This document shows positions 42,723 to 55,328 of a stretch of 64,000 nucleotides of DNA, piece after piece. Location of the stretch: positions 186,001 through 250,000 of the forward strand of contig BROI01000019.1 of assembly GCA_027923505.1 (NCBI GenBank), written 5' to 3'. The position numbers and the translations under genes were made by a program. Source of the stretch: Mayamaea pseudoterrestris (lineage: Eukaryota). Below the pieces are notes generated by a model. It was given only the letters and a program-made list of their open reading frames with translations, was not told the origin of the DNA and ran no database searches. The first letter of the stretch is position 1, and each line of letters begins with the position of its first letter.

Positions 42723-45700
42723 GGAAGACTCGCCGAGTCTTTAGCAGTTGAAAACGCTCAAGTAAATCAGATAGATAACATTGATAATGAAAAGGTTGAT
42801 GACCATGTGCCCATAGTGTTACTATTAGTAGGCAAGATGAATGGAACGCCAATGAAGAAAGCATTGACAGCGCTCCTCGACACGGGCTCAACAAGCTCCT
42901 GGATCAGCGAGCGAGTATTGAATCAAACGATCCAAAGGAAGACCACGGCGCGAATGATATCACATACCTTAATGGGAAAGATGGAAAGCGCTCAAAAGAT
43001 TGACCTTATGGATTCAACGCTACCCGATTTTTCGCAATCAAAACGAGTCGACAAGATTGAGGCTCACGTATACACGCAAGACATACGATACGACATGATC
43101 ATTGGCCGCAAGCTGATGCAACAGTTAGGCATGACGCTTGACTTTAAACGCAATGAGATCATATGGGATGGCGACGCAGTCCCCTTCATTAACATGACAC
43201 AATTGAATGGTCGACGACCAAAAGAATTGAAAGAGGCGTTGATTAACCGCTACTTAACGTCCGTCGATGATCCGACGTCCGACGATGGTCACATCGTGAC
43301 TGAAATCCAAGCCGCCAAGTACGATAAAGTGGACATCAACGATGTTGTCAATAAAGCCACTCATCTTGATAAAGATAAACAAGAGGACTTGAAAGAGCTT
43401 CTACTACGCTTTAAAAAGCTATTCAGCGGCAAACTCGGCCATTACAAAGGCGAGAAGATTCACATCAAAATCAAAAAGGACGCGAAGCCAGTCCACAAGA
43501 GGCACTACCCCGTTCCAAGGGTCCACGAACAAACGTTCAAGAATGAACTTGACAGACTCGTAAGCATAGGAGTCTTGGAGCCAACAGGGAGAAGCGAATG
43601 GGCAGCGCCCACGTTCATCATCCCCAAGAAGGATCAAACGGTCCGTTTCGTTACCGACTTTCGCGCGCTCAATAAAGTTATCAAGCGCCGCGTCTATCCG
43701 CTCCCAAAGATACAAGAGATCCTTGCAAGGCGCAAAGGATACAAGTACTTTACAAAGCTTGATATAAGCATGCAATACTACACGTTCGAATTGGACGATA
43801 TAAGCAGCGACCTCTGCACAATCGCGACGCCGTTTGGCCTCTACAAATACATCAGGATGCCAATGGGCGTCAACCAATCGCCTGATGTTGCTCAGGAGAT
43901 AATGGAAAAAGTCTTGAAAGGTATAGAAGACATTGAAAAGTACCTCGACGATGTCGGTTGCTTCAGCAACTCGTGGAACGAGCACTTAACGCTACTCGAG
44001 CGCGTCTTAAAGAGGCTGGAAGACGCCGGCTTCACCATTAACCCACTAAAGTGTGAGTGGGCAGTCAAAGAAACAGACTGGCTTGGCTATTGGCTTACAC
44101 CGACGGGTTTAAAGCCATGGCGAAAGAAGGTACAGGCAATCCTCGACATGGGACCGCCGACCAACATGACGCAGCTGCTTTCGCGCGCTCAATAAAGTTA
44201 TCAAGCGCCGCGTCTATCCGCTCCCAAAGATACAAGAGATCCTTGCAAGGCGCAAAGGATACAAGTACTTTACAAAGCTTGATATAAGCATGCAATACTA
44301 CACGTTCGAATTGGACGATATAAGCAGCGACCTCTGCACAATCGCGACGCCGTTTGGCCTCTACAAATACATCAGGATGCCAATGGGCGTCAACCAATCG
44401 CCTGATGTTGCTCAGGAGATAATGGAAAAAGTCTTGAAAGGTATAGAAGACATTGAAAAGTACCTCGACGATGTCGGTTGCTTCAGCAACTCGTGGAACG
44501 AGCACTTAACGCTACTCGAGCGCGTCTTAAAGAGGCTGGAAGACGCCGGCTTCACCATTAACCCACTAAAGTGTGAGTGGGCAGTCAAAGAAACAGACTG
44601 GCTTGGCTATTGGCTTACACCGACGGGTTTAAAGCCATGGCGAAAGAAGGTACAGGCAATCCTCGACATGGGACCGCCGACCAACATGACGCAGCTGCGC
44701 TCCTTTATTGGACTAGTAACCTACTACAGAAACATGTGGCCAAAGCGCTCACATATACTAGCGCCATTAACATCGTTAACAGGCGTAAAGAAATTTAAGT
44801 GGCTGCCCGAGCACCAGACGGCATTCGAGCAGATGAAGGCAATGGTTGCAACCGACGCGTTGCTCCACTATCCAGACCACAACTTGCCCTTTGACATTGA
44901 AGCAGACGCCTCTGACTATCAACTAGGAGCAGTAATACTACAGAATGGCGTGCCAGTCGCCTACTATTCCCGCAAGCTGACAGCGGCGCAAAGGAACTAC
45001 ACCACCATTGAAAAGGAACTACTCAGCATCGTAGAGACATTGAAGACGTTTCGATCCATGCTACTCGGTGCCGAGATACGGATTCACACCGACCACCGCA
45101 ATCTCACGTATGAGTTAACCACTTACCAAACGCAAAGAGTCTTGCGCTGGAGACTATATCTGGAAGAATATGGTCCCAAATTCTTCTACAAGAAGGGAGA
45201 ACACAATCGACTTGCCGATGCGCTGTCGAGAACGCCAACACCTCGCTCGTCTCCCTTGGTTGGGGAGGAACAAGAGCCCGCTACAGTCGTTCAAGAAGAC
45301 AAAGAAGAGCGACTTGCGCCCTCTCGTATAGAGGATATAAGCTATGATGACGCATACTCATTGCTAGATGAGCCGGAGCTGGCAGAATGCCTCTTAATGC
45401 ATCCGGAGTTCGACGGAACAGGGAGGTACCCATTATCTTATCAAACAATTGCGCAATATCAAACTCAAGACGAGATACTGCAGGCAGCAGCGAATGAGAT
45501 TCAACAACCACAAATAACAAGGAAGACACTCGAAGGGGTCTCCGTCATCGTTTACACGCCTCAAGGGAATCCACACGCGTGGCGTATTTGCATTCCTACC
45601 AGCATGCTTGAACGGCTTGTTAAATGGTATCACTTGACGCTATCCCACGCCAGGATTACAAAGCTTGAAGCAACAATTAACCAGCACTTCTTCCATCCGG

Positions 45701-46614
45701 GGATCCGGACGGCAATAGCAGCTATTGTCGGCAAATGTGACGCTTGCCAAAGATACAAAGCTGGTGGCGGCCATCAATATGGACAACTCCCAATCCGGGA
45801 CCTCAGAGAGGCTCCTTGGTATGAAATACAAGTTGATTTAATAGGACCGTGGTCCTTCAAGAAGGATAACGTCAAGTACGTCTTCCAAGCATTAACAATG
45901 ATTGATACAGTGACCAATCTCGTCGAGCTTGTTTACTACGACACCAAAACGACACAACGAATCGCGCAGCTATTCGAAAACACTTGGCTAGCTAGGTATC
46001 CCAAGCCAGTGAGAGTCATTCATGACAGAGGACAGGAGTTCAAAGGCGAGTTTCGTGCCTTGTTGCTCAGGAATGGAATCGTTCCTCGACCAACCTCCAT
46101 AAAGAATCCAACAGCAAATGCCATTTGTGAAAGGATGCATCTGACCGTTGCTAACGTGTTAAGAACAACATTAAACCAATGGAATCCTCAACCACCTCAA
46201 CAACCACAAGTCGAAGCAACTCATGTTATTGAGTCGGCGCTAGCAACAGCAATGCACGCTACAAGAGCAGCAGCTCATCGCTCACTAAGCAACTTGAGTC
46301 CAGGCGCATTAGTCTTTCAAAGAGACATGTTCTTGGATATACCGTTGATAGCGGATATAATGGCGCTTACTAAGAATAGAGAAGCGATCATCAATGACAC
46401 CTTGTTGCGAGCCAACCAACGGCGCCTCAATTACGACTATAAAGTGAACGAGCGAGTCCTCGTTAAAGTTGCCAATCCTGACAAGCTACAAGAGCGATGG
46501 ATCGGCCCTTATACAATAACAGCAGTCCATGTTAATGGAACAGTTACAGTCCGCCTCACGCCATGGGTAACGGACAGAATCAACATCAAACGGTTGAAAC
46601 CGTATCGATCGTAG
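42723..46614 (+). pseudogene. pol: Gypsy Pol frameshifted by a 520-bp tandem duplication in RT
   Basis: LLDTGS; RFVTDFRALN; YLDD (twice); DASDYQLG, NYTTIEKEL, TDHRNL; H..H..CDAC; DLIGP, DRGQEF, NAICER; GPY. Stop at 44195 follows the duplication junction. Confidence 0.9.
43658..44697 (+). repeat. Tandem duplication, 2 x 520 bp
   Basis: 43658-44177 is repeated at 44178-44697 with no difference seen. Confidence 0.95.
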
Positions 46615-46746
46615 AATCACCCAAGGGTTTATGACTTCCCCAGGATGCCTCCTAAATAGAGCGCTCCTTGCAATAACAAGGAGGGCTGTCAATAATAGTA
46701 AGCAACTTCAGCTACACTACGAAGCGCTTCCTCTGGTGGGGGAGAG

Positions 46747-46953
46747 TGAAAGATCCGTACCGTTGCGACATGGCGTTGGAACGGGCGGGCTTCTCAACTT
46801 CAGATTTAGCTATTCGCCCAATAGCTATCTAAATTGGCGTTGCCACGGGCCAACGCCCACGACTAAACATTTGGAGCTGTAGCTCACGTTTATTAGTATA
46901 GTTGTCGATGGATAAAAGAGCTTATAATTTCATTTTAACCACCCGACGTATCA
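46747..46953 (+). repeat. Gypsy 3' LTR (207 bp, TGA...TCA)
   Basis: Follows the PPT; TG...CA ends. Confidence 0.92.
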
Positions 46954-47157
46954 AGTCGCGTTTGGTGATGCTTCGTCGTGATCGATGACCATGACAATGA
47001 CCCCGCGTATTTGCTGCGCACCTTGCGAGTATGTCGAGTATGATAACATCATGCTTGATTCCTGGATGATGACGAATAGACCGTTCGCCTTGTTACATAA
47101 ATTGTTTTTGCATCAAAGTCTAGAGTGAAGAGCGCTGCTAGCTGGAGATCGACTCTC

Positions 47158-48397
47158 ATGAAGAAGACAGGCCAAAAAATCCTCGGCGCCATTACTCTAC
47201 TTTGGTTCTTCTACTCGTCGCGCCATCAGCAGGACACTCTGCGTCTTAACGAAGGTCAATGCTGGAAAGGAAACGTCAATCGAACTGGAATTCTTCAACG
47301 AATTAACAACCCTCCGCTGCAAACATCATACGAACTTGCCGACTTTCTCGAAGGTCCAGGCTTTGAACATGCCAATTCGACGACGGACAATCGCGTCGCC
47401 TGCAAATTCATCAAGGATGATCACACACCACACTTTCCCCACGCCATGCAGCAACTATATAGATGCTTTTCGTGGTGGCGAGCCTTTCCAACCAAGGATG
47501 CATACTTGATTCTGCCAAACCAGCAGCCGATTGACACGGAATTTTTAAAAGGCTTTATCGAGCGCATGCGCGACGTTTTTGGTGTCAGAGTGGTGCACAT
47601 GCGAAGCAACTTGAAAGTTGTCAGACCTATATACACGTACGACTGGGACGAACAACGGAGCTTCGCCATGCGGAATGAACGGGATGCGCATGAACTGCGG
47701 AACAGAATTTTGGATAGAATGAAACTGCCAGAGGCGAAGAAATCATGTTGGAACCACAAGCTCCGCATACGCATACTATCGCGGAAAAACAGCCGATCCA
47801 TACAAAACGTCAAAGCAATTGTCAGGGCTTTGGAGGATGCGTTTCTTGGGGACGATGACAATGAAAATGCTAGCAGTAGCATTGAAGCAGTGCACGTGGA
47901 ATCGATTCGCGTTGCCACGTTCGAGGAAGCTACATTTCGCAAGCAACTTGAATTCTTGTCGCAGGCTGATATTTTGGTTGCCGCGCATGGGGCCGAGCTG
48001 ACGGGAATTCCCTTTCAACCACAATGTGCAGCCGTGTTGGAGCTGTTTCCAGGTGGATATGCGGTTCCAGCCTTTTTTGGATCGCTTGCCGCCGTCTCGG
48101 GCGTTTCGCATAGCTACATGTACTTGGGGCATGGCGACATGGAGCGAGAGATTCGGGTTGGAATGAGGTGAGCGATTGTTTCTGATTGTGCTAATGGTAT
48201 TTGCCGGTCTTGAAACAAACAGTGCTTTCTAACCTCATTTTGATGCCTTGTTTTCTTATATTAGAGACTTTGAGAGCCGGCAAGCGGCGCGACAGGCAAA
48301 CGTTTGCCCGGATGCGGATCGAATCGTCGCAGCTGTGAGGCAACTTGCCCGAGAGAGAAGAGAATGTTGTGATCAAGCAGCATTGTTGCAACCTTAA
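47158..48397 (+). CDS. Glycosyltransferase family 61-like (DUF563) type II membrane protein; intron 48168-48264
   Basis: N-terminal TM; PHFPHAMQ; ILSRKNSRSI.N; FEEATFRKQLEFLSQADILVAAHGAELT; VLELFP. Confidence 0.85.
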
Positions 48398-48705
48398 TCT
48401 GTCGATTGTAGGAGAAATCATGTTTTCTTCATCTTGGCGCGCAAGAAAGAGTGTCAGGCAGCGTGCGTAACTGTAGTAGCGGTTCCACATTGGACGAAGA
48501 CGAGCTTTCTGCAGAGGAGATGGGGCTCAATTTTAAGCTACGAGCAAAGTAATGATGAATGATAGTCGACGAGCTAACTTCTAGAGATCGCGCAAACTTG
48601 GGATCAGCGTGGGCGCTGAGCATATATGGCCTGCCGTGACGGCCATACGCTGCAAAGCTAGCGGGAAAAAAGGCGGTGGTAGCAAAAGCCTACCACACAT
48701 TAAAG

Positions 48706-49899
48706 TTACGACGTATCCTCATTAGAAATCGGCTTGACCCATCGAATCACCTCATTCGGATACCCATTCTGAAAGTCCCTGGCCGGGAATGCGCGTCTAG
48801 TAACCGGGCGCACTTCCAGCAGTTCCAAAATTGACCCATCGCCGCACACAACATAGAGTCCATCACTTTTGGTTGGCCCGAGTCGCACAATATTCGTCGG
48901 CTCGGTTTTTTCCCGCAACACTCGAGTTTTAACTATTTGCAACTTGACAATCTCTTCTCGTTCACCAATCTGCATGAACATGTAGACACCCGGCCACATG
49001 CTGAATCCTCGGAGCCGATTGTGACAGGTTAGCGCCGACTCTTCCCAAACCTTTAGCTCCGCTTCGCTACTATCAATCATGGCGGCATTGACAACAGCCG
49101 ATTCGTCCTGTTGGCGGGCCGTCTCCATGGTGAGCTTGCCGGAGAATATATCTGGCAAACTGTTCAAAAGTAGCTGCGTACCAATTTGAAACAAGTGCGG
49201 AAGAACAGTCACTGACGTTGCGTCTGGATCAACATGTTCCGCTTGCTGCGCCACAATGGGGCCGGCATCCATTTTGCTGACAGTGAACAGCACCGTCACT
49301 CCCACTGGATTGTCACCCGCCTGCAGCGATCGCTGCACTGGACTGGCGCCTCGCCATTTCGGCAGTAGACTTGGATGAATGTTGATGGTTCCAAAGGTTG
49401 GCGCGGCGAGAAAGCGTTTCGGCAAGTACTGTCCGTAGGCGGCGGTGACGCACAAGTCGGGACGCAAGTCTTGCTCCAGCTCGTTTAAAAACTGAGCGTC
49501 GTTCACTTTTTCGGGACATGACATATATATCCCAAGCTCTTGTGCAATCTTTCCGACGGGGCTTGCTTCCACCTTGCCGTTGCGCTTGCGTCGCTTGGGT
49601 GGTTGCGTCACGACGCCGACGATTTGAAAGTTAGAGTTGGCCTGCAACGATGCCTCGTGTATCGTTTGAAGAGAGGTTGCTGCCACTTCTGGTGTTCCTA
49701 GAAAGACGACTCTTCGCTTGTTGATTGTATTCGCATCGGAGCTACTGGAGTAGAGGCGCCATTGTAGTGAACGTGATGACGAACGATGTAGTACGTATCT
49801 CATCAGTTGACGGCGAGGCGATTGCGCCAGGAGGTTTCTCGATAAGCATCGCACGTAGGTCGACATGGTCAGTATCAACAAAGCTCTTATGTATAACAT
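48706..49899 (-). CDS. FMT: Methionyl-tRNA formyltransferase, organellar
   Basis: VVFLGTPEVA, VVTQPP, VTAAYGQYLP, INIHPSLLPKWRGASPVQ, MDAGPI, RGFSMWPG; N-terminal targeting peptide. Confidence 0.96.
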   Translation of the reverse strand: MLYIRALLILTMSTYVRCLSRNLLAQSPRRQLMRYVLHRSSSRSLQWRLYSSSSDANTINKRRVVFLGTPEVAATSLQTIHEASLQANSNFQIVGVVTQPPKRRKRNGKVEASPVGKIAQELGIYMSCPEKVNDAQFLNELEQDLRPDLCVTAAYGQYLPKRFLAAPTFGTINIHPSLLPKWRGASPVQRSLQAGDNPVGVTVLFTVSKMDAGPIVAQQAEHVDPDATSVTVLPHLFQIGTQLLLNSLPDIFSGKLTMETARQQDESAVVNAAMIDSSEAELKVWEESALTCHNRLRGFSMWPGVYMFMQIGEREEIVKLQIVKTRVLREKTEPTNIVRLGPTKSDGLYVVCGDGSILELLEVRPVTRRAFPARDFQNGYPNEVIRWVKPISNEDTS

Positions 49900-50362
49900 G
49901 AAGCTACGATCGGCTCTTTAAATTATGAGTGCTCTAAAGCATTGACGCATTCGTTCATGCATGATGTTCTTGGGCGTCGCATTGATGGTTGGGTTGCATC
50001 AACTTCTAATGTCGCAGCGTTACTAATTGTGTGATGATGCGACAGAACGACTTTTCGATGCTAATTTCCGTCACAATTCCTCGGCCGCTTGTTTATGGAT
50101 CATGCATGCCAGATGTCACATGAATGACCTTTACTTTATATTGCCCTGGCGAACAAAAGTCATTGAACTACCGGTGGCCGCGAATGCTTGACTGGAAACA
50201 TTCGCCGCGGAACGCGGCAAGCAGATTTGGATCTTTGGCTACAGAATGACTGCATTCTGCATCGCTTCAGATCGTTCATATCCTCTCACTTGTGTCCTTA
50301 TCTTTGCAGCTTGAGAGCAGCATTTGACGTACTCTATCGATAGACCCTGACAAGAACCAGCC

Positions 50363-52484
50363 ATGTCCTCTCCATCCATTGCCGTCTCGTTTAGCGACAC
50401 TTCCACCGCGGCAGGCGCACCTTCGGAAACGATGATGACCATGTCGATGCGCGATGACTTGAGCAACGTGGATGCCATGAACAAGGGACGTCGCCGCGTC
50501 TCGGTCGATGAGTTTGCCGCTGCGACGGGACATATGCCAGTGCTGAACGCCTTTGGGGATCGTTCCAGTCGCTTCTCCGAGCGAGCATCCATTGGTTTGA
50601 AGACGGCCACCTACGAGCTCCGTCGTCGATCCACCGTGACGAGTGGAGCTGGAGCTGCTGGCCGGCCAGGTAGTCGCCGCGTCTCCGTGGTGACGGATGA
50701 AGTAACGCAGGAAGTCTTGATGGATGGCAAAGACATTTTTTCCAACTATGACTACACCAAAAAGGCCAACTCTGTCTTTCGCTGGAACTTGCTGTGGTTG
50801 GTTCTTTGCTTGATTGCTCCCTATCCGCTCTGGCTCACCTTTGTTCCAGGCGCTTGCGCTGCCTCGTATGAGATTACCATCATTGTCAACATGCTTTTGA
50901 CGGTCAATTTCATCTACACGACGGTCCTTTGCTGGCGCTACATGTGGCGCATGATTCGCAGCTTCAACACGCCCTTTTGGCAGGAGTTGGATCCAGAGCT
51001 TCGCAACAAGTTGAAGCATATTGTTGTCATGCCAACTTACAAGGAACCTGTCGAGCTGCTTTGCGAAACCATTTCATCAGTGGCCAATCAGACGGTTGCG
51101 GAAACCATTGTCATGGTTGTCGGTATGGAGGAAAAGACGCCCGACCAAGAGGAGAAGAAGCGCATCATTCGGCAACGCTTTGAAAACAAGTTCTCCGCCC
51201 TGGTATTCTCCATTCACCCCTCGGGTGTCCCTGGCGAGATTCCGGGAGCTTGCTCCAACCGCAACTACGCCGCACGCACGGCGGTCAAGTATATGATCAC
51301 GGAGGGACTCTTGCCGGTGGACGACAAGACCAAGGAGGTGGAACTGGACTTTTGCACCCTCTCGGTTTGTGACGCGGATACCACGTACTACTACCGCTAC
51401 TTTGAGAACCTGTCGTGGTAAGTACAGAGTCGCATGAGGTGTTTATGATTGTGTAGCTAAATGTTTCAACCAATGCTAATAACGCCACCTTCTTTCTACC
51501 CGCAGGGCGTTCCTCAACGAGCCGCCCGAGACTCGCTACCAGGTTTGCTGGCAGTCACCCTTGTTCTACAACATTTCCCTCGACAAGCGCTGGTTCTTTA
51601 CCCGCGTCATGGGAATCCTTCGTTCCTACTTTATGATTGGATTTCTCATTGGTGGCAGTATCAATACCATGAGCATCTACAGCATGTCCCTTGGACTGCT
51701 CGTCAAGTCGCAGTTCTTTCATCCCGGCTACCAGATGGATGATATCATTTACACATTGAGCGCCATGAAAGCAACCGGGGTTCGCATTGAGATCCGTACC
51801 ATTGACATACCCACGCTCTCGGGTCCAACGTCAGGAGTCAACGTACTTTCCGAGTTTAACGAGTGGGTTGTCCAAGCGACGCGTTGGACCATTGGGGCTG
51901 CCGAAGTCTTTCATTACTTTTTCGTCAAGTTGCTCAAGGGAAACTACTTTTTGCCCGGTTTGGCCTACTTTTGGTGGTTTGTGTACTACTACGGATTCGT
52001 CTTGTGCGTCGCGGGTTTGATCGCCATTTGCAACATGATTGCTCAATTCGTCGGCATTGCCCATGAGCAGTACAGCATTGAAAGTTGCAAGCCCTGTCAG
52101 TCTTGGTTTAACCTTACCGACGACTCTCCCTTTTACACGTGGATCATGCCATCCTTCTTGTTCTTCAACTATGGCATTGTGTTCTTGACCGCCTTTGTCA
52201 TGGATGCTCTCGTGAGCCAGATTCTTGCGTTGGACGAGCGCGTGCACCCGATTCGCAACCTTTGCCATTTCATATCGACGCAAGTTGTTTTGTGGGTGTA
52301 CTGCTTGGTCGAGTACAAGGCGATTTTTCAGATTGCCTACTACGGAAAGGAGGTTTGCGGCCACAAGGCGTCGGAGAAGCATGCGTTGGTCGGTGTCAAG
52401 GCAGCCGCCGAGGAGCCTCTCAAGAGTATTACGTCAAAGGAAGAACCCCTGAAGATTGTCGAAGAGGACATTCATGACGATTAG
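50363..52484 (+). CDS. Membrane GT2-fold putative processive glycan synthase (paralog A); intron 51418-51505
   Basis: 2 N-terminal TMs; MPTYKEP; DADT; QMDD; QATRW (QxxRW); 3-4 C-terminal TMs; splice joins NLSW|AFLNEPP. Confidence 0.85.
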
Positions 52485-52895
52485 AGGGTGCGGCGTCGGA
52501 GATTTGGATCAATTTATGTTACGTGTATGTGAGTGAAACTAAGCTTGAAAATTATTGCAAGCGCACCAGGACCATGATGAGTCCCAAGTCTGCCGCTGAG
52601 TAAGACATAGACCGTGCGTATATTACAGTAGCGAATTATGTTTGTCGTAATATGCTTCGGAGCCATGTATCATAGTGTTGCAAGCTGAGATCGCAGCTCA
52701 AACAGGCGCTCAATTTCTTTTTACCGACCAAATATCAAAGCGCACACAAAGGGCCTTCATCGACTACTCTACCGCCCGGTAGTCTATAACCGTTGCGCAT
52801 TGCACATTTTCCGTTTCATTGCATAGAGCCTTTCGAATGTTGATTGTCGACCGCCACCGGCTTTAGGCATTTCGGTCCACTCCGCATTCAAGGAT

Positions 52896-55328
52896 CTAAA
52901 CCGTGAGTTGACCGGTTGCTTCCGCAAACTTCTCCACAATCTCACGCCCACCAACACGCATAATTCCATCTCTCCAGCGCTCACCATCTGGAAAAGCATC
53001 GAAAACCCAGCTATTTGTGGAAGGTAACGTACCATAGAGTAATTGCCATTTTATGATGTTGCCAGCAAGAAAGGTATATTCCCGAATCCGCAACTGATCA
53101 CTTTTTAAGACTTTCGAGAGCTGCTCAGAATCGATTTGAAAGTCAACTGTTTTATTGTTCCGCCATTTGCTGGCATCGCGAATGTTGAAACTTGAAGCAT
53201 CGGCGTGTCTCTTGTGTTGCCGCATCTCACTGGGAAAGGGCGACAAATCACAAGGAATCAGCGATGGGTGGCTACCCACCCAATGCTCCATGGCGTATGC
53301 GTCAACGCCAAGCACATCCATTCCATCGCTTGTCAGGTGCGAATTCAATGCGCCCGTGATTCGCATTGGTAGTGCTTCACGGAGAAAATGGTGCATTTTC
53401 TCAGCAAATTGGACCGGTGGGATCAGTTTATTGATGTATTCGCATGTAGGCACCGTCCATGTGTTTCCAGACATATGCAAGAACGGCAATGTATGGAATG
53501 CAAGCCCGCAAAGATTGCATGTAAGGTTACGGTCCACCTTATGGGGAATAAGGCAAACTGGGTCAACGGCTGCCTGAGTCATAGCGACTATTAAGTTTCG
53601 CTCATCGTCGATGTCTTTTGGAGGATGCAAAAGTTGGTTGCTCATGTAAGTAACACCAATTCTGGGGTGGCGCTTGCAGAAGAGATAGAGCTTCTGCAAT
53701 GTTTCACCCTCGTATAGCTTGGCGCCACTGTATGTTATGTCGCGGCAATCTAGAAACGCTTTGCTCCTGCAAATAGTCAATGCATCCACAGCAGTGTCGC
53801 CCATCGTGTTGATGAATACAGTGGCTTTCTTGCGTTTAGTGAAAGACGCTCCTAAGGCATCCAGTTGCTGGTGAACGACCAGTGCTTTTGACTCGATCTG
53901 AGTTTCGTTCAAGCCGTCTGGAATGAAGACTCTATAGAAAACGCCGTGGTTGATAGTCGAGAAATGTGAAAACATACCTTCCGCATGAATAATTTCCTTT
54001 TCACTAAAAGAATACCATCCTTTCTCGATTGCCCATTCGCTGGTTACTGCGGCGACGGCATTCGCTCCATGCGCTCTTACAGCCTCGCGCCAAAAGTCGC
54101 CATCGTCGTAATGCTTCCAAACCCAAGACGTATTTTCAGGCACCTTGCCGTAGAGCCCATTCCAACGCAGTAGTTGACCGGCCATATTGAAATACTCTCT
54201 TATTCTGACATCGCGCCGCTCTTGTAAAATTGCCGCGTTTCGCTTATCGCTATCAATTACAGGCACGCGAAATCTGGGTTCCCTCGGTGCAAGGGACCAT
54301 TCGAGTTGCGACAACATGGTGCGGTTTCTCTGGTACATATAGAAATGGTCCGGTCCCACATCGCATGGTACAAAATCTGGGTGAGACCCCACCCAATGCT
54401 CCATTGCATAACGTAACAACCCAAATTTGTCGGCTAAATTCATCCTGCTTGGGAATCGCGTGGTGACAATCTCATTCTTGATGCGCATTACCAGAGCTTC
54501 TCCCACAACTTTGGTGAGCCTTTCCAGAAAGTACTCTGTATCAAGAAGCTTGCTCACATAGGAACAACGAGACGACCACATATTCCCAGGGAAGAAATGT
54601 GCCCATAGCATGTAGAATTGCATTCCACAAACGTTGCAGGAATTTTGCTGCAAGTGTTGCAGGCACAAATGACTCACGACGGCCGTCGTCATGGTGTGTC
54701 TCCAAAACTCGTTCTTATCGTTGGCATGAAACGAACCCTTGTTGTGAAGGTACGTGACAATTTGATCAGGTTTGTTCGTAGCCTCGGCGAGTCGGCAGAA
54801 ATCCGTCAAGTATTGCAGGGTGATCGCTTCTGTACCTCGAGTGTGATGAGCAGCAAGCCGGCAATCCAATGGAGAGGGACACATTTGAGATAATCGTTGT
54901 TGCGTCATGACATTCTCGCGTCCAATCGTGATGATGACAACCGGCACAATCGTATCGTTTGCAGACGCGGCGTAGCTCGTCTTGATTTGCATTATTTGTT
55001 CCTTGACAATCCGAAGCGAATTTTCCATTCCCTTTTCATCGTACGGAACAAATACATTGTAGAATACGCTTGTAGCTGGGCTGCGATCCCCAAATGAGGA
55101 TAATAGCTTTTTTAGAAACGTTTCTGGATCAATAGGCGTTGAATCGTCATGTGCGCTTTCGTGGCTCGTCGGTGGATGGAACTCGACTCGAGATGCATCG
55201 GGTACTTGAGAGTTGAGGCGTGCTGGACCAAATTGTCTGAAACAGTAGATTGCTGTCAATAGTCCCAAAATACGACGAAGATTTCTGTTGAAAATAAGTG
55301 TTGGATATGTTACGTGAGCGCATCCCAT
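52896..55328 (-). CDS. Tandem two-domain type II membrane protein, putative glycosyltransferase-like
   Basis: Short N-terminal hydrophobic anchor; two ~345-aa homologous halves (VFY.VF.P, E..TLQ.L..FC, CN.CG..F, GN.W...C.Y..KL, YAMEHWVGSHP..PCD, RIREY...G....W..LYG..P...SWV). The GT assignment is inference. Confidence 0.75.
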   Translation of the reverse strand: MGCAHVTYPTLIFNRNLRRILGLLTAIYCFRQFGPARLNSQVPDASRVEFHPPTSHESAHDDSTPIDPETFLKKLLSSFGDRSPATSVFYNVFVPYDEKGMENSLRIVKEQIMQIKTSYAASANDTIVPVVIITIGRENVMTQQRLSQMCPSPLDCRLAAHHTRGTEAITLQYLTDFCRLAEATNKPDQIVTYLHNKGSFHANDKNEFWRHTMTTAVVSHLCLQHLQQNSCNVCGMQFYMLWAHFFPGNMWSSRCSYVSKLLDTEYFLERLTKVVGEALVMRIKNEIVTTRFPSRMNLADKFGLLRYAMEHWVGSHPDFVPCDVGPDHFYMYQRNRTMLSQLEWSLAPREPRFRVPVIDSDKRNAAILQERRDVRIREYFNMAGQLLRWNGLYGKVPENTSWVWKHYDDGDFWREAVRAHGANAVAAVTSEWAIEKGWYSFSEKEIIHAEGMFSHFSTINHGVFYRVFIPDGLNETQIESKALVVHQQLDALGASFTKRKKATVFINTMGDTAVDALTICRSKAFLDCRDITYSGAKLYEGETLQKLYLFCKRHPRIGVTYMSNQLLHPPKDIDDERNLIVAMTQAAVDPVCLIPHKVDRNLTCNLCGLAFHTLPFLHMSGNTWTVPTCEYINKLIPPVQFAEKMHHFLREALPMRITGALNSHLTSDGMDVLGVDAYAMEHWVGSHPSLIPCDLSPFPSEMRQHKRHADASSFNIRDASKWRNNKTVDFQIDSEQLSKVLKSDQLRIREYTFLAGNIIKWQLLYGTLPSTNSWVFDAFPDGERWRDGIMRVGGREIVEKFAEATGQLTV

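Larger units (their letters stand above)
41199..46953 (+). mobile_element. Ty3/gypsy LTR retrotransposon
   Basis: LTRs at 41199-41391 and 46747-46953 (offset 5562); gag, then PR-RT-RH-IN order; G-rich PPT ending ...GGGGGAGAG at 46746. Confidence 0.95.

Noticed and set aside
46954..47000. Remainder of the copia 5' LTR (gypsy nested inside it)
   Set aside because: The sequence after the gypsy 3' LTR does not match 34397-34523, and no TSD is seen.
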